A stretch of DNA of 64,000 bases from positions 65,028 to 129,027 of the forward strand of contig DATMKS010000096.1 in NCBI GenBank assembly GCA_035571045.1, read 5' to 3'. The stretch comes from Verrucomicrobiia bacterium (GTDB lineage Bacteria > Acidobacteriota > Terriglobia > Acidiferrales > UBA7541). The position numbers and the translations under genes were made by a program. How positions within the stretch are numbered: position 1 is the stretch's first letter; each line of letters begins with the position of its first letter. Shown in pieces: positions 1 to 8,753 of this stretch. Below the pieces are notes generated by a model, which worked only from the letters and a program-made list of their open reading frames with translations, had not been told where the DNA came from and did no database searches.

Positions 1-31
1 TATTTCGCAGCGGTGGATGTTGTTTGATCAT
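1..31 (-). CDS. Possible 5' end of a gene running off the window (MIKQHPPLRN...)
   Basis: ATG at 31 on the minus strand preceded by SD-like GAGAGGTG. Only 10 codons are visible. Confidence 0.35.
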   Translation of the reverse strand, partial: MIKQHPPLRN

Positions 32-133
32 AACGGTGCACCTCTCGGGGCGGATTACCAGACATCTTAAATCTTCTTCACGCTATTTTGAAGATGGCCA
101 TTCTCTGTTTCGCCGACGCGAGAAACCGAACCC

Positions 134-173
134 AAAAGCCAAAGAAGCCGAGCTTTACGCTCGGCTTCTTTGG
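134..173 (-). terminator. Rho-independent terminator after the TonB-dependent receptor gene
   Basis: Perfect 15-bp stem CCAAAGAAGCCGAGC/GCTCGGCTTCTTTGG (139-173), followed by CTTTT on the minus strand, 40 nt after the stop at 213. Confidence 0.8.
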
Positions 174-212
174 GGTGCCATGCTGGAGGGGTGTGTTGGA
201 TCCAGCAGGGGG

Positions 213-3200
213 TCAGAAATTGACCTTGAGGAAGATCTGGCCTTGCCGCGGTGTATTTCCCTGACATGGCGCGCTTCTAACGACACCATTAACCGTTGTG
301 GGACTCACACGTCCAAAGTTGACGCCGTCGTCGACGCCAGTATCGGCTCCGCAGATCTGCATACGGTTGAAGATGTTGGCGTACTCCATTCGCAGTTCAG
401 CCCTTACGCGTTCCCCGAAAAAGAATTTTTTGGCAAGAGCAAAATTCTCGTTGCTCTGGAAGGGGTTTCGCAGGTTACTCAAAACGCGGGGTTCATCTCC
501 TGCTGTAAACCCGGGATCGGAAAAGGCAGCGGTGTTAAAAACTGGAAGGCCTTTATAGTAGTTGTTCCAGTTAACGCTAAGCGGGATCGCGGGGTTGTAA
601 TTCGCGCGGTTGAAGCCATTCAAATAGGGATCCCCGTCATTTCCGCCTGCAGAGATAGTGATTGGAAGCCCAGAAGCATAGGTAAAGAGGCCGCTCAATT
701 GCCATCCACCGAGCACGTTCTTCATTACCGTGCCGCCATGATTCAGGAACTGCTTTCCTGGGCCGATGGGGAGCTCATAGACGCCCGAAATGTTCACAAC
801 ATGGGTTTCGTCGTTTTGGCTGACGGACCACTCCGCCTTCTGGTTGAAACCGTTGAGCGCACCACTGTTGAAGCTCGAAAAGCCGCTGTCCGTGTTGGAC
901 ATGTTCTTTGAGAGGGTGTAGTTCACAAGAAACGTGAGACCGTTCGAGAAGCGCTTTTGCACCTGAGTTTGAAGCGCGTTGTAGGTGGAAGAACCAGCCA
1001 TGTTGAACTGGTTGGTGAGTCCTCCTGCCGACTCGCTGGGGTTGAATTGGGGATAAGGGAGCAAGGCGCGAGGGAGGCCCGCACTCGATCCGTAGTCGCA
1101 AAGGAAATTCACATAGGGAGTAAAAAATGTCCCCGTTGCACCTGGATTGTTCGTATTCGGCCCGCAGGTAACTGTAGCTTGCGCAAACCCCAGACCCTGG
1201 AGAGCGGCCTGGGAGGCGGCTGACGTCCAAGCATAATTGGGGCTGGCTGGCGCCATCAAACACGTCGGGTCCGTGGCTATGCCGCTGGGGCAGAACATTG
1301 TCAGATATTTCGGATTGGTTTGGTTGATGGGATTGAGCATGGAGGTGAGATGGACGGCTCTGTTGCCGATGTAGGAGACGGAAAGGAGCATGTTGTTGGG
1401 CAACTCGCGCTGTATACCTCCACTCCACATCTGGACGTAGGCGTTCGGTCCGGGATTTTTGGAGAACTCGTACAAAGGCCCCGTACCATTGAAGACCGTC
1501 GGACTGAAAGAAGCCAGGGAGGGCACGCCGAGGGGATTATTGTCCCAAATCCCGTAGGCGGGCACGTTTGTGCCATTCGAGTTCACCTGGATCTGCCCAG
1601 CGGAGAGGCTACCGTAGTCCACGGACAACTTGTTATTTCCATATTCATATGGACCTTCGTCGAGGAAATTCACGGAGTAACCCGCCAGGATCACCGTCTT
1701 GGGGGTCAGCTTGTAGGCAAGACCGACGCGGGGACTGAAGTCCTTCCAATGGATATCGGCGCGCCTGTATCCCGCACACCCGGTGCAGAAGCCGAGCTTA
1801 GAGGCGGCGCCTAGCAAGGGCTGGCCGGTAGCCGGGTCGATTGCGGCCGCATTGGGCGACGTCGGGTCAAAGAAGGTGACATTGTTTGCGCTTTCCAGGA
1901 AAGGCCGTGGGATATCCCAGCGAACGCCCGCATTGACAGTCAGCTTGGAGGTGAGCTTGATGTCATCCTGAATGTACGGCGCAAAATAGAGGTTGCGGAG
2001 CCGATTCTCGGCTACGAACTTGCGGTAGGCAGAATCCACATCGCCAAGGAGAAAGCTTGCAAAGGAGGCGCCTGTAGGCCCACCGTCGTTCGTTGGATCT
2101 GCAGTGGTTTCCGCCTTGAAAGCAAATCCTCCGCCGCAAGCCTGGCATTCATGGTCGTCCTGATAGGCGCGGCGAATCTCGAAGCCGATGTTGTAGGTAT
2201 TGCGACCGTGGATGTAAAGCCAGTTGTTATCGAAGCCCAAGCCCAGCTTGCGGTTGATGGAGAAGGTTTCCCCGAAAAGCGAGCCGCCGCTGGCTTGCAT
2301 GCCCCAACTCGTAGGATTGAAAGTTTGGCTAGGATTCCCCTGAAAATTAATAAAAGGAAGAGTAGCGCCGCCCGCCACTCCGGCAAAATCCACACCATTT
2401 TGGGTGTTGTACTGAAAGTTGAGTTCGCCAAGCCAGCTGAATCCGGCGGTCATGACGAGGTTGCTCGAGAAAGTCTTCGAATAGGTCAGGATGATGCCTG
2501 TTCCCCTGTCGGGACTTAGCTGTGCACCTGAAAACTCATTGTTAAATAAAGCGCAGTTGACACTGCAACCGAGATTGGTCCAGTTGTCGCGCCACCACGC
2601 GAAGTGGAATGCCTGGGACATTCCAAAGTTTTGGTCAATGGTGAAACCTATGTTCGCTTGCTTAGTGGGCAGATCGCTGACCTGGGAGGCCAAGTTGCCA
2701 CTCAGGGTCGAAAAGCCGGGCGTCGGAATCTTAGGGAGAAGAGTCTTCGAGAGCGCACTGAAGCACGCCGTAGGGATTATATTGCCCGCGAAGGGCTGCC
2801 CCGGAGCAGGAACTGTACAGCCGGCGGGAACTGCAGCACCGGTGAAGTTGGGTGGCACGTAAAGCTGGTCCGCCTGTACACAATTAGCGTTTAGGCCAGC
2901 TCCTGGAGGGCAGACTTGGCCAGTCGGGGCGGTAGAACTTGGCTGGCGATCGTTGCAGACACCAGCAGTGAACCCGTTTGCACAAATAGCGGAGAAATCT
3001 CCACCGATCATGGCTTGGGTCGGGACGGTCATATTGGAGATTCCAGGAGGGGCATTGACGCGGTACCAATCCCAGCTGGTGTAGAAGAACGTTTTGTTCC
3101 TGCCGTCATAGATCTTCGGCAGCCACACTGGACCGCCTACCGAAAAGCCAAAATTGTTTTCGACGTCGTGCGGAAGTGGCCCCTTTACGAGGTCGCCCGC

Positions 3201-4061
3201 GGAATCAAATCCCGTGCCGGGAGGATTCACGCCCAAGGCATTGAAATAGCTGTTTTTGTTGATTTCAAAAAGGTCGCCGTGAAGCTGGTTCGAGCCGGAT
3301 TTGAGCCGGTAGGAGGCAACGCCTTGTGCGAAACCATACCTGGCAGAGAAGTTGGAGGTCAAAATGTCCGGTTCATTGACCAACTCGAAGGGAGGGTTAT
3401 AGATGGTTTGATATCCCTGGGTCTCAGCTTGAGCCACTACCACGCCGTTGAACATAACTTCGTTTTGATAGTCGATGCCACCGTTAATACGGTGGCTAAA
3501 GGAACTACCCGTGACGCCTGGGACAAGGAATAGGTAGTTGTCAATCTGACGGTCACGGCCGCCGCCAATGAAGGTGGGGACTTCTTCGAGGATGGTGCTC
3601 TGAATGACGGTGCCAAGGTTAGGTTCGTCAGTCTCAAGTGTGATAGAGGGCGCGGTCACTTCGACGGTGGTGGTTTCGACGCCAGTGCGCAAGACTGCGT
3701 CGGCGGTGGCCGTCTGACTGACGAAGACGTTGACATCCTCGAACACAGCGGTTTGGAAGCCCTGCTTTTCAATTTTTACCGTGTAGCTTCCGGGGATAAG
3801 GTCAGTGATAAAGTAGGTGCCCTGCGATGTGGTAACAGCGGTGTGAACGACGTTGGTACCATTGTTGGTAACGGTGACCTTGGCTTCAGGAACGACGGCG
3901 CCGCTAGCGTCCGTCACAGTGCCCGTCATGCCGCTGAGGCCCTGGGCATATAAGCTCGATGACGAGAAACAAAGGAACGAGTAAACCGCCAAAGCGACCA
4001 CAAATGATTGCCACGAAGTTCGATCCAAAAACGGTTTCAGAAACTTGCGAAAATTTGTCAT
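213..4061 (-). CDS. TonB-dependent receptor, Oar type, with N-terminal carboxypeptidase-regulatory-like domain
   Basis: Signal peptide; GTVTDASGAVVPEAKVTVTN...GSYTVKIEKQGF; barrel motifs QDDIKLTSKLTVNAGVRWD and FSPRVGLAY; C-terminal PRQGQIFLKVNF. Confidence 0.93.
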   Translation of the reverse strand: MTNFRKFLKPFLDRTSWQSFVVALAVYSFLCFSSSSLYAQGLSGMTGTVTDASGAVVPEAKVTVTNNGTNVVHTAVTTSQGTYFITDLIPGSYTVKIEKQGFQTAVFEDVNVFVSQTATADAVLRTGVETTTVEVTAPSITLETDEPNLGTVIQSTILEEVPTFIGGGRDRQIDNYLFLVPGVTGSSFSHRINGGIDYQNEVMFNGVVVAQAETQGYQTIYNPPFELVNEPDILTSNFSARYGFAQGVASYRLKSGSNQLHGDLFEINKNSYFNALGVNPPGTGFDSAGDLVKGPLPHDVENNFGFSVGGPVWLPKIYDGRNKTFFYTSWDWYRVNAPPGISNMTVPTQAMIGGDFSAICANGFTAGVCNDRQPSSTAPTGQVCPPGAGLNANCVQADQLYVPPNFTGAAVPAGCTVPAPGQPFAGNIIPTACFSALSKTLLPKIPTPGFSTLSGNLASQVSDLPTKQANIGFTIDQNFGMSQAFHFAWWRDNWTNLGCSVNCALFNNEFSGAQLSPDRGTGIILTYSKTFSSNLVMTAGFSWLGELNFQYNTQNGVDFAGVAGGATLPFINFQGNPSQTFNPTSWGMQASGGSLFGETFSINRKLGLGFDNNWLYIHGRNTYNIGFEIRRAYQDDHECQACGGGFAFKAETTADPTNDGGPTGASFASFLLGDVDSAYRKFVAENRLRNLYFAPYIQDDIKLTSKLTVNAGVRWDIPRPFLESANNVTFFDPTSPNAAAIDPATGQPLLGAASKLGFCTGCAGYRRADIHWKDFSPRVGLAYKLTPKTVILAGYSVNFLDEGPYEYGNNKLSVDYGSLSAGQIQVNSNGTNVPAYGIWDNNPLGVPSLASFSPTVFNGTGPLYEFSKNPGPNAYVQMWSGGIQRELPNNMLLSVSYIGNRAVHLTSMLNPINQTNPKYLTMFCPSGIATDPTCLMAPASPNYAWTSAASQAALQGLGFAQATVTCGPNTNNPGATGTFFTPYVNFLCDYGSSAGLPRALLPYPQFNPSESAGGLTNQFNMAGSSTYNALQTQVQKRFSNGLTFLVNYTLSKNMSNTDSGFSSFNSGALNGFNQKAEWSVSQNDETHVVNISGVYELPIGPGKQFLNHGGTVMKNVLGGWQLSGLFTYASGLPITISAGGNDGDPYLNGFNRANYNPAIPLSVNWNNYYKGLPVFNTAAFSDPGFTAGDEPRVLSNLRNPFQSNENFALAKKFFFGERVRAELRMEYANIFNRMQICGADTGVDDGVNFGRVSPTTVNGVVRSAPCQGNTPRQGQIFLKVNF

Positions 4062-4278
4062 GTATTGCCCCCTCGCAGTCCTAGCACCGAGAATGAAATG
4101 GACACCCCTTACATTTGCGAGGGAGTCTTAGACACGCGGAGAAGGCAGTCAATACACTCGGGTGTCATCTTCACATTCCCGATTATCTAGTTGAAGGACA
4201 AGGGGATATTTATGGTTGTTACCCGATAAAGACGCGGGAATGGCGACTTTAGAGAATGGGGAGGAGAAATGGCAGAAA

Positions 4279-6132
4279 TCAATTATTACTGGCGCCTTTC
4301 GCTTCAACTACCGTCGCGATCCGATCAATGCCTGGAATAGAGATTTGCTCCTGCACGCCATCCGGCCAGTGGATCTCAACCTTATCCACTTTTGTGGAGG
4401 TTCCGAGGCCAAAATGGACACGTGGATCGGAACTGGAGCCGTAACTCCCGCCACTCAGAACGTCGGCGCGCTGCCGTGCGCCCCCGGATGTGAGGAAGAC
4501 TTTGGCGCCGATAGCGTCGCGAGGACTCTTCGGGCCGCCGACTAACTTCAATGTAATCCAATGGTTGCCGTTCTTGACGACGCCACGAAGGAGGGTGGGA
4601 ATGGAGTCCAGGTTGTTGAGGACAACGTCGATGTGACCGTCGTTGAACAGGTCTCCGAAGGCCGCGCCTCGGGCGGTGATTACATCGGCCAGGCCGCTGC
4701 CCGTGGCCGGCGGCACTTCCTGAAATCTCTTGCCATCGATATTGCGAAAAAGGAGCGGACGCTGCGCCCAAGTGGTGCCCCACTCGGTCTTATCGGCGAT
4801 GGGATAAACGTGTCCATTGGCGATGAAAATGTCGAGCCAGCCGTCGTTGTCGAAATCGAGAAAGCCCGCTCCCCAGCTGAGGAACGGGATCGTGGGAATG
4901 CCAAGGCCGACCTTGAAGCTGACGTCGGTGAGGCTGCCATCGCCGTCGTTTCGATAGAGGGTCTTGTAGTCGTCCGAGAAGGTGGTGATGAAGATGTCCG
5001 CTTTGCCGTCGTGATTGTAATCGCCGATGCCGATGCCCATCGAAGATTGTGCCCGCCCCTCTTCGTTGACGGCGAATCCGGATGCGAAGCTAATGTCTTC
5101 AAAGGTGCCGTCATGGCGATTGTGATAGAGGTAGTTGGGGACCGAATCGTTTGCTACGACCAGGTCGAGCCAGCCGTCGTCATCCAGGTCAACGAACACC
5201 GACGCGAAGCCGTATCGCGCTTGCGGGTCGGAGACGCCAGTCTTGACGCTCACATCCGTGAAGGTGCCATCGCCATTGTTGTGAAAAAGATGGTCGCTTT
5301 CACCTACCAAGCCGAGCGGTCCACAGAAGATGTCCACTCCGCGATATTGACAGGAGCCGGCGGGGAGACCGCCCTGGCCTGCAAGCACAGGGTGATCGAG
5401 ATCGTATTTCACGTAACCGGGTACGAAAAGATCGAGGAGGCCGTCGCGATCGTAATCGCCCCAAGTAGGACCGGTGGACCAGCCGCTGAGAGCGACGCCG
5501 GCTTTTTCGGCCACATCGGTGAAGGTGCCATCATGATTGTTGTGATAGAGACGGTTTTTTCCGTAATTGGAGACATAGATGTCGGGCCAGCCGTCGTTGT
5601 CGTAGTCGGCGACAGCAACGCCAAAACCCCAGCGCTCGTTGGCGACGCCGGCTTTTTCCGTGACGTCGGTGAAGGTGCCATCGTGATTGTTATGCAAGAG
5701 CATGGCGCGCGGCGCGGCTTCTTTGCCTTTCATGGCGGGAACGGTCGAGCCGTTGAGCAGATAAATGTCTAGCCAGCCGTCGTTGTCGTAGTCTAACAAG
5801 GCGACGCCGGAACCAGGGGCTTCGAGGATGGTCGTTTTTTCCGCAGTTCCGGAGCGGTGATGAAATTTATCGAGGCCGGCTTGTTTGGTGACGTCTAGGA
5901 AAACAATGGGCGCGCCGTCCACAAAACCGCCGGCGGTGATGGGTCGAGAGAGCGCATCTTTGACAGGAGCGTGGACGCCGCCGGTGGCCATGCCGGAAGG
6001 AGGAGGATTTTGCGACTGTGCCGAAGCTGGCGGCTGAGCTTGAACCACCAGGTAGATGACAGCGAGCGATAGCAAGAGACATACAGAAACGGCCAGCGCG
6101 AGGGCGGGATTTTGGGCCCTTCGCGGTATCAC
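4279..6132 (-). CDS. CRTAC1-family protein (FG-GAP repeats + ASPIC/UnbV domain)
   Basis: Repeated DYDNDGWLDI motifs; C-terminal NHWITLKLVG...DAIGAKV...VHFGLG...IHWPDG. Confidence 0.92.
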   Translation of the reverse strand: MIPRRAQNPALALAVSVCLLLSLAVIYLVVQAQPPASAQSQNPPPSGMATGGVHAPVKDALSRPITAGGFVDGAPIVFLDVTKQAGLDKFHHRSGTAEKTTILEAPGSGVALLDYDNDGWLDIYLLNGSTVPAMKGKEAAPRAMLLHNNHDGTFTDVTEKAGVANERWGFGVAVADYDNDGWPDIYVSNYGKNRLYHNNHDGTFTDVAEKAGVALSGWSTGPTWGDYDRDGLLDLFVPGYVKYDLDHPVLAGQGGLPAGSCQYRGVDIFCGPLGLVGESDHLFHNNGDGTFTDVSVKTGVSDPQARYGFASVFVDLDDDGWLDLVVANDSVPNYLYHNRHDGTFEDISFASGFAVNEEGRAQSSMGIGIGDYNHDGKADIFITTFSDDYKTLYRNDGDGSLTDVSFKVGLGIPTIPFLSWGAGFLDFDNDGWLDIFIANGHVYPIADKTEWGTTWAQRPLLFRNIDGKRFQEVPPATGSGLADVITARGAAFGDLFNDGHIDVVLNNLDSIPTLLRGVVKNGNHWITLKLVGGPKSPRDAIGAKVFLTSGGARQRADVLSGGSYGSSSDPRVHFGLGTSTKVDKVEIHWPDGVQEQISIPGIDRIATVVEAKGASNN

Positions 6133-7838
6133 TTGACAACTGCTCCCGCAGGCATTTCGTCCACTTGCAAGATTTGATCCGCCTTTACGTTCTTGAGCGT
6201 TTGCAGGATGCCGCTGGGCCAGCGAATTTCGATGGTCTGGGCAATGGTCTCGGCGCCCAAACCGAAATGGACTCTCTTGTCGCTGGAAGAAAGATAGCTG
6301 CTTGCAGTGGTTACTGTGGCGAATTGTGACCCGCTTGCCGTCGCGAGTTTGACTTCGGCGCCGATAGCGTCGCGGTTGCTTTTGTGGCCGACGAGCTTGA
6401 GGGTCAGCCAGTGATTTGATGTGGGCGTGTCGTTGTGCAGGACGTAGGTGGGACCGTCGTTGGTGGTCACAACCGCGTCGATGCGGCCATCGTTGTCAAG
6501 ATCGCCTGTGGCTAAGCCGCGGCCGACCCATGCGTCTTGAAAGGGCTTTCCTGATTCGGCGGAGACATCTACGAAGGCGCGGCCGGTGTTGCGGACCAGA
6601 AGAGGCGCTTCGCGATAGCGGAGATTAGGATAGTTGAGTTGAATGGTGTCGATGTCGTGCCCCTGAGCGATCAAAAGGTCCTTCCATCCGTCATTGTCGT
6701 AATCGAGGAAGCGGACGCCCCAACCGGAGTGGAGCATTGTAATGTTGGCCAGACCGGTGGAGAAGGTGGAGTAGTTGAAGCTGCCGTCGCCATTGTTTTG
6801 GTAGAGAGCGTAGCGTTGGTTGGCGAGGTCGGTGATGACGAGGTCCGGCCAGCCATCGTTGTTGTAGTCGGCAAAATCGACACCCATGCCGGCGTAAGAG
6901 CGGCCGTCAACGTCAACGGCCACTAATGAGAGAAGGCCGACCTCTTCGAATTTGCTGCCGCCGAGATTGTGGTAGAGGAATTCGGACATGGAGTCATTGG
7001 CCACGAAGACATCGATCTTGCCGTCGCGATCGTAGTCCGCAAGGGCGATTCCGAGACCTTTGCCGGGTTTGTCCATTCCGATTTTCTTGGAGATCTCGGT
7101 GAAGTGGCCGTTGCCGTCGTTGTGGAAAACCAACGGGGCAATGGGTTGGAAAGTGTCGGGATGGCAATAGGCGCGGTAGCCTTCGCGGTGCTCGCCGCAG
7201 AAGATGTCGTCGAAGTCCCACTGGACATAGCGCAGGACAACCAGATCGAGCAGGCCATCGCCATCGAGGTCGACCCAGGCTGCGCTGGTCGACCAGCCGC
7301 TGGCGGCGACGCCGGCTTTTTCGGTGACGTCGGTGAACGTACCGTCGCCATTATTGTGATAGAGCTTGTTGCCGCCGTACGCGGTGACGTAGAGGTCCTC
7401 AAAGCCGTCGTTATCGTAATCCCCCACGGCTACACCCATGCCATAGCCCACGCCTTGCAAGCCGGCTTTCTGCGTAACATCTTCGAAAGTGCCGTCGGGT
7501 TTCTGATGAAACAGGCGATTCCAATATTGAGGGCTGGTCTTCTGCGGGATCGTGCCTCTCGGCGTGGGATCGGTGAGCAGGGCGCCATTGACCAAAAAGA
7601 TGTCGAGCCTGCCGTCGTTGTCGTAGTCGAAGAGGGCAACGCCCGATCCCATCGTTTCGATCAGATATTTCTTCGAGGTGTGTGATGCGATGTGATGGAA
7701 ACTTACGCCGAGCGCGGAAGTAACGTCGGTAAATTTGCCCGGAACAATTTTCGACTGCTCAGATGCTTTTGGAGAGTTCTGGAATGCGAACAGAGCCAGT
7801 AGACAACCAAGTAAGGGAATGCCGAAGTAGAAGCGCAT
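6129..7838 (-). CDS. CRTAC1-family protein (FG-GAP repeats + ASPIC/UnbV domain)
   Basis: Signal peptide, DYDNDG repeats, NRDAIGAEV...VHFGLG...IRWPSG. 4-nt overlap with the downstream gene. Confidence 0.92.
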   Translation of the reverse strand: MRFYFGIPLLGCLLALFAFQNSPKASEQSKIVPGKFTDVTSALGVSFHHIASHTSKKYLIETMGSGVALFDYDNDGRLDIFLVNGALLTDPTPRGTIPQKTSPQYWNRLFHQKPDGTFEDVTQKAGLQGVGYGMGVAVGDYDNDGFEDLYVTAYGGNKLYHNNGDGTFTDVTEKAGVAASGWSTSAAWVDLDGDGLLDLVVLRYVQWDFDDIFCGEHREGYRAYCHPDTFQPIAPLVFHNDGNGHFTEISKKIGMDKPGKGLGIALADYDRDGKIDVFVANDSMSEFLYHNLGGSKFEEVGLLSLVAVDVDGRSYAGMGVDFADYNNDGWPDLVITDLANQRYALYQNNGDGSFNYSTFSTGLANITMLHSGWGVRFLDYDNDGWKDLLIAQGHDIDTIQLNYPNLRYREAPLLVRNTGRAFVDVSAESGKPFQDAWVGRGLATGDLDNDGRIDAVVTTNDGPTYVLHNDTPTSNHWLTLKLVGHKSNRDAIGAEVKLATASGSQFATVTTASSYLSSSDKRVHFGLGAETIAQTIEIRWPSGILQTLKNVKADQILQVDEMPAGAVVK

Positions 7839-7853
7839 GAAGGTTCAATCGCG

Positions 7854-8753
7854 CTACGTGGGACCGCGGAGGACCGATTCCAATAAGTCGCCCAACTGTT
7901 GTGCAGTGAATTCGTTGCCTTCCAGGTTGGCGACCATGCGGCCGCCGCGGTCGAGAACCACGGTGTGCAAGGCGTGAGTCATCAGCCCCTCGTCCTGCCA
8001 AAAGTTCATACCGAATTCAAGACTGACCTTTTGAATTTCGGGAAGCGGACCAGTCAGGAAGTACCATCCCTTGGCATCGGCGGCTTTCCAATGGCCCGCG
8101 TATTGAGCCAAGACGTCAGGCTGATCGTGCTCCGGATCAAACGTAATGCTCAGAAGCACCAGGTCGCGTCCCATGCGATCTGCAAAACGTCTTCGTACAA
8201 TTCCAAAATTATTGGAAAGGCGGAAACAATAATTGGGCAGCGGGCAATGAGTGTAGAGGAATGTGATGGCCACAACATTGCCCGCGAATCGCGAGAGTTT
8301 TATTCGCTCGCGATTCTGGCTGACCAGAAAGAAGTCCGGTACGCGCTGTCCAACAGTTAAAGGCTTCGTTGCATTCGATTCCGAGTCAACGAGACTGCCG
8401 AGAAGGTTCAATTGGCGAGCAGCCATCGGTTCCTGATCGGTGGTCTGGAATTGGTGAACGCGAATGGATTCCGCATAAGCCGATTCGTCGCTGACTGCCA
8501 GAGTGAAGTCAATCATCGTGCCCGGCAAAAGTCCATCAAGCTCTTTGGCGTTGCGCACGGCAAAGTCCATGACCATTGCAGCCATGTAGCCCGGGATTTC
8601 GCGACACGACACTTCTATGGATTGGCCAGCGCGGTTCACTCGAAGAACAATTCCGGATGCAGGATAACGACCGGCAGCTCGGCACTGGCAGGCGAGAAAC
8701 AGAAACATCACTGCCGTCGAGATTCTACAGCCGATGCTTTTCGAGTCCATCAT
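7854..8753 (-). CDS. SCO-family protein with N-terminal CusF-like copper-binding domain
   Basis: EIPGYMAAMVMDF (CusF-like Met motif); thioredoxin-fold TFLYTHCPLPNYC; SITFDPEHD; conserved His in MTHAL. Confidence 0.85.
   Translation of the reverse strand: MMDSKSIGCRISTAVMFLFLACQCRAAGRYPASGIVLRVNRAGQSIEVSCREIPGYMAAMVMDFAVRNAKELDGLLPGTMIDFTLAVSDESAYAESIRVHQFQTTDQEPMAARQLNLLGSLVDSESNATKPLTVGQRVPDFFLVSQNRERIKLSRFAGNVVAITFLYTHCPLPNYCFRLSNNFGIVRRRFADRMGRDLVLLSITFDPEHDQPDVLAQYAGHWKAADAKGWYFLTGPLPEIQKVSLEFGMNFWQDEGLMTHALHTVVLDRGGRMVANLEGNEFTAQQLGDLLESVLRGPT

Noticed and set aside
24-911. 295-aa plus-strand ORF
   Set aside because: Antisense to the TBDT 3' end and crosses its terminator.
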